The position numbers and the translations under genes were made by a program. Below are positions 58,163 to 64,000 of a stretch of DNA of 64,000 bases, piece by piece (the first letter of the stretch is position 1; each line of letters starts with the position of its first letter). This stretch comes from a virus (taxonomy: Duplodnaviria; Caudoviricetes): positions 32,001 to 96,000 of IMG/VR virus record IMGVR_UViG_3300033074_001927; one strand, given 5' to 3'. The notes under the pieces are model-generated. The model ran no database searches. It was not told the DNA's origin and saw nothing but the letters and a program-made list of their open reading frames with translations.

Positions 58163-58929
58163 TAGTCACCAAGAAGATAGCGGTAAGATTTCATTTCTTC
58201 TTTACACTTGTCCTTATAAACATCCATTAATGCAGCCTGCCGCCCCATCTCTTCTCTTGCCTGCCTATTCCTATACATTTGGACTAGGCTTATAAAAGTT
58301 TCTTTTTCTTCTTTGTCTTCCTTGAGTCGCATTTCTCTAGTGACTTTTAGTATTTTTTGATACTCTATGAATTTTTTTTCGGCCTTGTCTAACGCTTCGT
58401 ACATTCCGTAAATGAGCGGCTTATTGTCTTCGTCATTCGCTTCCTCCATCTGCTTAATGCGCTTGCGAGTGCGACTTATAGAGATGTCTGACATAATCAT
58501 GTGATGTAGGCTGTCTTCTTCTTGGATAGTCAGTGTGTCAACGCTATCGACAAATTCTACATACTTGTGCTTGTAGTAGTCTATCTCATGAGGCATTAGC
58601 TCTTGGAGCAATTGCACGTAGCGAGGATTTTTGCTAAAATTCTCCTTAAAAATACGCAAGCGCTGATCTTTGTCCATGTTAGCGAGTGAAAATTCAGATA
58701 TGCCATGCTCTTGGATGGACTCGCTCATGCCCTTTTCTATATGTTCGGCTGTAGGCCTTCCTTGCGGCTTACTCCACCCCCGCATTTTTCTTTGGCGTCT
58801 TATAGCTTTTTCTGTTCTGTCTAAAATACGACCTATTTCTTTGTCGCTTTTAAATTTCCAGTTCTGTTCAATAAACTTAATTTCTTCTTCAGTAAAATGA
58901 TGGATCTTAGCCACCATCCCTCCAGTCAT
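58162..58929 (-). CDS. HTH plus coiled-coil protein, putative terminase small subunit
   Basis: FTEEEIKFI...SDKEIGRILDRTEKAIR HTH; position upstream of TerL. Confidence 0.55.
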   Translation of the reverse strand: MTGGMVAKIHHFTEEEIKFIEQNWKFKSDKEIGRILDRTEKAIRRQRKMRGWSKPQGRPTAEHIEKGMSESIQEHGISEFSLANMDKDQRLRIFKENFSKNPRYVQLLQELMPHEIDYYKHKYVEFVDSVDTLTIQEEDSLHHMIMSDISISRTRKRIKQMEEANDEDNKPLIYGMYEALDKAEKKFIEYQKILKVTREMRLKEDKEEKETFISLVQMYRNRQAREEMGRQAALMDVYKDKCKEEMKSYRYLLGD

Positions 58930-59326
58930 ATATCGTAAATGGCTCTCCAGGATCAGCCTCTATAGACGAGGTGGAACTGCCATCTGAGGCTACCGTATGT
59001 ATGAGCGCATTGCCTCTTCCGTCAGTGTAGCCTACGCAGAACTTCTCTATATACGCTCCAGGAGTGGCGCACACCTTCTTTTTTTGTATATATCCTGGCT
59101 TGTGAGGATCTATGTGTAGCTCCAATTTGCCAAGCTGCACCCTCAGGCGAGTTATTGCCAGTTTGTTTTCCTTAACATAATGAGACAGGCGCTCCCAGGC
59201 TGGCTTTATCCCGGGAGTCCTGTCCTCAAATACTGTTAAACCATTAGATAGCGAAGCTATCCACCTACATGCCGGAACGTGCACACCAACGCTGGTGTGC
59301 AGTCCAAAATCCTCTGTTGTTTTCAT
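58907..59326 (-). CDS. Hypothetical protein
   Basis: 139-aa ORF coupled to its neighbours. Confidence 0.7.
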   Translation of the reverse strand: MKTTEDFGLHTSVGVHVPACRWIASLSNGLTVFEDRTPGIKPAWERLSHYVKENKLAITRLRVQLGKLELHIDPHKPGYIQKKKVCATPGAYIEKFCVGYTDGRGNALIHTVASDGSSTSSIEADPGEPFTIYDWRDGG

Positions 59327-59919
59327 TATACAAATTCTGTCTCGAAGTAAAATCCAAGATTTGTTTTTTCACCAATACTTGTTGGTGTAGCGGTTAGTCC
59401 AACATACCAATAATGAACACCAGTAGGCGTTGTTTGGTCATCAAGAGATAGGGTTGAACCGCTACCAGCTATTGCTGTCCAGTTCTGGTCTCCAGACCCT
59501 CTTACTACCGGATTTGGCTTTATTATTTCGGCAGCATAAACAATAACGCCGCTTGGATCATTATCTATGTTGCTTCTGTCAAACGCCCTAAACGATGTGT
59601 TTTGTGTTTCTACAGAACTATCTGTAATTAGACGTATCTCGAGTGTTGCCTCGCTATCATCTACCTCCAACAGTTCCGTTCCAACAAGTTCGCTTGCTAC
59701 ATATGCGCCAGATGTGTTTAAATATCTTAGGTTTGGAACTTGCCCATAGTTGGTGGTTCCGTTGTCGTCTGTAACAAAGCAACTGTTGTTGTATTCTCCA
59801 ACTCTTATAGAGAATCCAAAACCTGCACCGAAAAATCCTAAAGTGTCATTTGCGCCAGATCCGGCAGGCAGTATTTGATTTACCTGATCTCCGCCTCTCC
59901 ATTCAACCGTAGTTGCCAT
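59326..59919 (-). CDS. Probable virion structural protein
   Basis: Acidic, beta-rich, Ser/Thr/Gly-rich, five SG dipeptides. Confidence 0.55.
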   Translation of the reverse strand: MATTVEWRGGDQVNQILPAGSGANDTLGFFGAGFGFSIRVGEYNNSCFVTDDNGTTNYGQVPNLRYLNTSGAYVASELVGTELLEVDDSEATLEIRLITDSSVETQNTSFRAFDRSNIDNDPSGVIVYAAEIIKPNPVVRGSGDQNWTAIAGSGSTLSLDDQTTPTGVHYWYVGLTATPTSIGEKTNLGFYFETEFV

Positions 59920-60015
59920 AAATCACCATCCATTTTGTCAATGTAAAACTATGACTATTCACACGCCTCTGGCCTGCTATGAATGAATAACAAATTCAAA
60001 CAACGCAATCAGAAA

Positions 60016-60579
60016 TTATTCAATTGATTTTAGTATAGATGAAACTGCATCCCTTATTGATGCGCGTTGTTTTTGTGTTACGTTTTTTGCACCGCTTAAC
60101 ATCTTATTAAATATTTTTTTATTTTTGCTGTCTAGCTTTTCATACACAAATAGCAAAAGGTCTCTATATTCGCACTCATCGAACGTTTCCGATTTACCCA
60201 TTGCAACGTCAGTGATGGTATCTAGTGGTAGTGCGTGGCGAATATTTAAGCGTCGCTCAACAAGCTTTTGCTTTTCTTCGCATCCGGTATTATCGTACTT
60301 TATATAGTTGTCTCGCTTAAGATTTTTAAGCCTATTATCTACAGAGCGACCAAAAAAGTTCAGTATTTGTTTTTCTGTTTTTGCCTTCTCTGGATCGAAA
60401 TGTTTGATTGCATTAAGGCATATGATGCGTATCTCTTGGGCTACGTCGTCCCTTGTCCAGCCATAAAACACATTTGCGGAAGACTTGGCCGCGACCAGGT
60501 ATTCCACAACGTGTTCAATATCGCCGTATGATACTTTTTTATTTGCCAATGACGTTTCTTTCAATCCTGTCCTCTTCAT
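60016..60579 (-). CDS. Phage sigma-70-like factor
   Basis: DDVAQEIRIICLNAIKHFDPEK...NFFGRSVDNRLKNLKRD (region 2) plus a region-4-like C-terminal segment. Confidence 0.75.
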   Translation of the reverse strand: MKRTGLKETSLANKKVSYGDIEHVVEYLVAAKSSANVFYGWTRDDVAQEIRIICLNAIKHFDPEKAKTEKQILNFFGRSVDNRLKNLKRDNYIKYDNTGCEEKQKLVERRLNIRHALPLDTITDVAMGKSETFDECEYRDLLLFVYEKLDSKNKKIFNKMLSGAKNVTQKQRASIRDAVSSILKSIE

Positions 60580-60638
60580 CCTCTGCGGAAGCTACAGCTT
60601 TTCCGTCAAAGTGCTTTATCTCTGGGCTTTCTTTAACT

Positions 60639-60821
60639 TCAATTGAGGTAGACTTTATTTCTATCTTCATCTTGTTTCTCAACTATTCTATTGGCCTCAT
60701 CTAATGATACTTCGCGAAATTCGCACTTCTGAAAAGCACAGACCAAATCTTTATTATTTATTGAATCTGGCGCAACAAATATTTTTTCACACTCTTTGCA
60801 GAAAAGGTACTTACAGCTCAT
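60639..60821 (-). CDS. Small Cys-rich (zinc-ribbon-like) protein
   Basis: CKEC...CAFQKC. Confidence 0.55.
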   Translation of the reverse strand: MSCKYLFCKECEKIFVAPDSINNKDLVCAFQKCEFREVSLDEANRIVEKQDEDRNKVYLN

Positions 60822-60826
60822 ACAGT

Positions 60827-60834
60827 TTATACAC
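60827..60834 (-). promoter_or_regulatory. Putative late promoter GTGTATAA
   Basis: Same core motif, 5 nt upstream of the 60821 ATG. Confidence 0.5.
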
Positions 60835-61442
60835 TACTTCTTTCTTATTGTTTGCCATTCTATATTTCGAGCCTCGACGGCCTGTTTTATTTTCTTTTCC
60901 CTATTTGACAGAGTGGCTTTTCCTGTCTTAACCTCAAGAAAAATAATTTTAATTTCATCCTTTCCTTCTGTTAGGCCATCAAATACAATGAAATCTATGG
61001 GAGCGCCAAGAAACCTACAGTCGGATGGGTCGTATTTGAACTCGTCCAGGTAGGGAACAAGGTGCTCTGTCATATTGCCTCTAACTGTAGCGTGGCTTCT
61101 TTTTACCGCATCCTGACGTATCACACGCTCTTCTTTTCTCTTCCATTCTGCAAATTTTGCTTCTGCCGCCGCATTTATTTGTGCAGACCCAATATTTTCC
61201 AGTCTGCGTATTTTTTCTTCATGTTTTGCGTTAAGTTCATTCTGGCGGTCCGCCAGTAATTTTTTGTAAAGCTCCTTTGTTTTTTCAACTTCTTTCAAAT
61301 GCTCTTCATGTCTCAAATAGTCCTTCAATGTATCTTTGTGAATGTAGTCGCCAAAATTAACAGCGAGGGCCCTCTGATTAATGAGGGCCCTCGCCAAAAT
61401 AAAACATGTTGTTACAGATATGAGAAGTAGTATGTGTAGCAT
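60834..61442 (-). CDS. Holliday-junction-resolvase-like endonuclease (Endonuc_Holl type) with N-terminal TM helix
   Basis: DCRFLGAPIDFIVFDG...IIFLEVKTG..LS.RE..I; hydrophobic N-terminus and coiled coil. Confidence 0.85.
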   Translation of the reverse strand: MLHILLLISVTTCFILARALINQRALAVNFGDYIHKDTLKDYLRHEEHLKEVEKTKELYKKLLADRQNELNAKHEEKIRRLENIGSAQINAAAEAKFAEWKRKEERVIRQDAVKRSHATVRGNMTEHLVPYLDEFKYDPSDCRFLGAPIDFIVFDGLTEGKDEIKIIFLEVKTGKATLSNREKKIKQAVEARNIEWQTIRKK

Positions 61443-61448
61443 GTTACC

Positions 61449-63998
61449 TCAATTGCACTTTGTATACCCGCAATCCAAGCACTTGGGGCAACCTTCTTGG
61501 TAAAGCAGATTTGTGCTACCACAATTGCCGCAGACCTTGGACAGTGTGACTTTTTTTCCGTCCACCATATATTTTTTTAGAACCCGCGCTAGCACTCTGT
61601 TGATGTCATTAAGCTTGCCATCTTTAGAGAGACTATCTACTATATATTCGAGTGGAACGTTGTGCCTTAGAGACAAAGAAACTAATCTTGTTGCCCAAGC
61701 ACCCTGTGGGTTGTTGAAACTTTCAATGATGTTAGGGAAAACAACTTTGTCTTTTCCAGATTGTATTTCTAGATCATAGCGCCCCTTTGATAGCTTAACT
61801 ATGCTGGCAGAGTCGGGCTTAGTGTCCAAATTAAAATGCGAGGCTAGACCTGTAAACACTTCGTATGGCGCTCCATCCATTAGTCCAACCAACACGACCC
61901 ACTTGTTGCCGCCAACCGTTGCCGTATGCACTTCGGCATTTAGTGACTTATGACGTTTGGCCGCTCCATCCTTTGGTTTTTGCTTAGGCGCGCTCTCGGT
62001 TATCAACACTCCGTCCCTTGATCCATCAACATATACAGTGATGCCCTTGAGTCCAGCCTTCCACCCCTCCAAATATATTTGGCCTACGGTGTCAGAAGTA
62101 GTGCCTTTTGGCAGATTGGTGGTACTACTTATGCTATGGTCGATATACCGTTGTTCAACACCTTGAAGCTTTACCCTATATGTCCAGTCTATTTGATCTG
62201 AAGTAACAAAGTAAGGAGGAAGTTTGATGTCCAAAAGCTCTTTTATTTGCTCTTGAGTCATTTGGTCATCTGGGACGTTTAGCTTTAACCCGTGCACTCT
62301 CTCAAAGTAGTTTTTTACATTTGGATGAAAGACTGGATACTCCTGCCACTGGTCGCCAAGGGCGTCGACAAAGTCAACCCTTCCTCCTTGATTGCTATTA
62401 ATTTTTTTCCTTCTTATGTAGAAGTTGCGGAACACTGGCTCAACACCACTAGACACGTTGAAGCGATCAAATTCGCCACATTTGCTAATAATTGATATGG
62501 AGCCGGTTGGAGCCTGCGTTAGCATTGCTATGTTGCGACGGCCATGCTTTTGTATACGAGCCTTAAGTTCAGCCGGCAAGTTCTGAATGAACGCGTTGTC
62601 TTTCTCCACCTCCCATGACCATTCGGGAAATGGACCGCGCTCTATGGCCAAATCTACAGACGTATTATAGGCTTCAAAAAGCAATAGGCTGTATAGCTTG
62701 TCTACAAAAACAAGGGCCTCCTCTGAGTCATATTTGATGCAAAGCTGAGCCAACATGTCCGCCAGGCCGTGCGTGCCTATGCCAACGCGCCTTCCGTCTT
62801 TGCCAGCATCATGTAGTTTTTGCCAAAGACCTTTTTCCTCATCTCCATCACAGGACGCCTGTATGCGACGAATTAGCTCCAATTCTAGGTCCACCAAGTT
62901 GTCGGCCATTCTGGCCGCCAATCTTATGTCTTTTTTGAAGAGGTTAAAATCGAAGCTAGGATTGGTGAACGCACTACGGACATAGCCGGTAAGATTGAGA
63001 GAAATTAGTCGGCAAGAGTCATATGGAGACAGGGCAATTTCGGAACAATTGTGGACAGAAAGTCCATTTGCATCAAACTCCGACACTGATGGAATGGTGC
63101 AGTCGTAAACCGCCTCGCTTCCAATCTTTTCTATAGACACTATTGTCGTAACAAACCTCTCCCTATTTACTGACCTCTTATATGATGAAATAAGATTAAG
63201 AAGCCTAGATTGTTTTATTGGGTCTTTAAATCCAATGCGCTCAGCAAAAATCGCTGCATTTTCTCCAGACAGATGAAGCTCGTTAGTCGCATTTGTTAGA
63301 TATAGTGCACTTCCACCAATTCCATTCGGCAGAACATTAAATCCGGCGCTCTTTCTATTTTTATATATTTTTGAGATTATTCCTAGACGGGCCAACATTC
63401 TTTGAACGACCTTTAGGTTGTGAAGATGTATGGATGATAGCCTAACTGCAACGCCTTTGTTTTGAGATCCAAAAACCGTCCCGTCTGCATCAAACAGTCC
63501 TCTGATAAAGCCACAATAAAATGAAGAGCTAGAGGTTTCTATCGCTTCTCCTTCTATTATTTTTGATCTAACAATGCCATGTTTTTCTGCAAGACATTTT
63601 AGTCCAGTAGATGTAATATTTTTTATTTCAGACGCAGAGCCACGGCTAGTTCCAATATAAGCCCTGTGTGTAAGAGATTTTTTAATAGCCGAGACTGCAA
63701 CAGAGTGCATTTCACTCCTTGTTTCTCCCCAATATTGAAGTTTTGCATAGTCATCCGTGAACGTTCCATCTCCAAGGAGGTTTCCAAGAAGCCATCCCTC
63801 TTCTTCTGAGCCATGCCCAGGCCAAGAGACGTCGCGATGCTGCTGGATATCTATTCTGTCTCCGACGGCAAGGTCTTTTAGTTCAGTCCAGCTCGTTGTT
63901 TTTTTGTATCGTGTTAACGAAACAATTTTCTTTATTTTATGATTATCTGTGCATTTTAGCTCAAATCCGTGAGATGTGGTTATCTTGAATACATCCTT
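61449..63998 (-). CDS. nrdJ: Class II (B12-dependent) ribonucleotide reductase, 5' end outside the window, intein-interrupted
   Basis: CSEI..SCRL, RRVGIG, RRN....QAPTGSIS, SSGVEP, SISST.N, KGITVY, C-terminal Zn ribbon. Manual translation shows the frame stays open from 63710 to the window end. Confidence 0.92.
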   Translation of the reverse strand, partial: KDVFKITTSHGFELKCTDNHKIKKIVSLTRYKKTTSWTELKDLAVGDRIDIQQHRDVSWPGHGSEEEGWLLGNLLGDGTFTDDYAKLQYWGETRSEMHSVAVSAIKKSLTHRAYIGTSRGSASEIKNITSTGLKCLAEKHGIVRSKIIEGEAIETSSSSFYCGFIRGLFDADGTVFGSQNKGVAVRLSSIHLHNLKVVQRMLARLGIISKIYKNRKSAGFNVLPNGIGGSALYLTNATNELHLSGENAAIFAERIGFKDPIKQSRLLNLISSYKRSVNRERFVTTIVSIEKIGSEAVYDCTIPSVSEFDANGLSVHNCSEIALSPYDSCRLISLNLTGYVRSAFTNPSFDFNLFKKDIRLAARMADNLVDLELELIRRIQASCDGDEEKGLWQKLHDAGKDGRRVGIGTHGLADMLAQLCIKYDSEEALVFVDKLYSLLLFEAYNTSVDLAIERGPFPEWSWEVEKDNAFIQNLPAELKARIQKHGRRNIAMLTQAPTGSISIISKCGEFDRFNVSSGVEPVFRNFYIRRKKINSNQGGRVDFVDALGDQWQEYPVFHPNVKNYFERVHGLKLNVPDDQMTQEQIKELLDIKLPPYFVTSDQIDWTYRVKLQGVEQRYIDHSISSTTNLPKGTTSDTVGQIYLEGWKAGLKGITVYVDGSRDGVLITESAPKQKPKDGAAKRHKSLNAEVHTATVGGNKWVVLVGLMDGAPYEVFTGLASHFNLDTKPDSASIVKLSKGRYDLEIQSGKDKVVFPNIIESFNNPQGAWATRLVSLSLRHNVPLEYIVDSLSKDGKLNDINRVLARVLKKYMVDGKKVTLSKVCGNCGSTNLLYQEGCPKCLDCGYTKCN

Positions 63999-64000
63999 AT
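63048..64000 (-). mobile_element. Intein with LAGLIDADG homing endonuclease in nrdJ (partial)
   Basis: Block B LKCTDNHKI; LAGLIDADG motifs WLLGNLLGDG and FIRGLFDADG; block F VYDCTI; C-terminal VHN followed by extein Cys at 63047. Confidence 0.93.

Noticed and set aside
393-63942. All plus-strand ORFs in the track (e.g. 9485..10141, 12239..13060, 36561..37082)
   Set aside because: They are antisense shadows of well-supported minus-strand genes and show no recognisable motifs.
1-64000. Alternative genetic code, tRNA genes, lysis cassette, tail sheath, integrase
   Set aside because: Genes tile densely under the standard code, intergenic gaps are mostly too short for tRNAs and none was recognised, and no lysin, sheath or integrase motifs were identified in this window.

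Overview
The window is 64 kb from inside a large tailed-phage genome (Caudoviricetes, probably siphovirus-like because no tail sheath gene is present). Every credible gene is on the minus strand, and the plus-strand ORFs are shadows. In transcription order (right to left) it holds: an intein-containing class II ribonucleotide reductase (partial), a Holliday-resolvase-like nuclease and a sigma-like factor; a packaging and head module (putative TerS, ERCC4 nuclease, TerL, portal, protease/scaffold, decoration, major capsid); fibre and neck genes; tail tube, two paralogous chaperone-like genes, a 2199-aa tape measure and tail-tip genes; a replication, recombination and nucleotide module (RecA, UvsY-like, DnaB, DnaG, HAD nucleotidase, DUF5664, ThyX, Cas4-like nuclease, an intein-free split DnaE, dUTPase, thymidine kinase, SSB, a second sigma-like gene); and a cluster of at least five glycosyltransferases interleaved with two amino-methyltransferases and a secreted vWA/lipoprotein-zincin pair. 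The strongest candidate for an undescribed system links the glycosyltransferase cluster to a directional Ser-Gly enrichment in the predicted surface-exposed virion proteins, suggesting a phage-encoded O-glycosylation coat with an S-G sequon. Other highlights are the split DnaE, G/GT-like tail chaperones made by duplication instead of frameshifting, an apparently split head-tail adaptor, a GTGTATAA-type late promoter, and an RBS-occluding hairpin in front of a dual-start SSB gene. All calls come from motif reading by eye. No database searches were run, and counts are hand counts.
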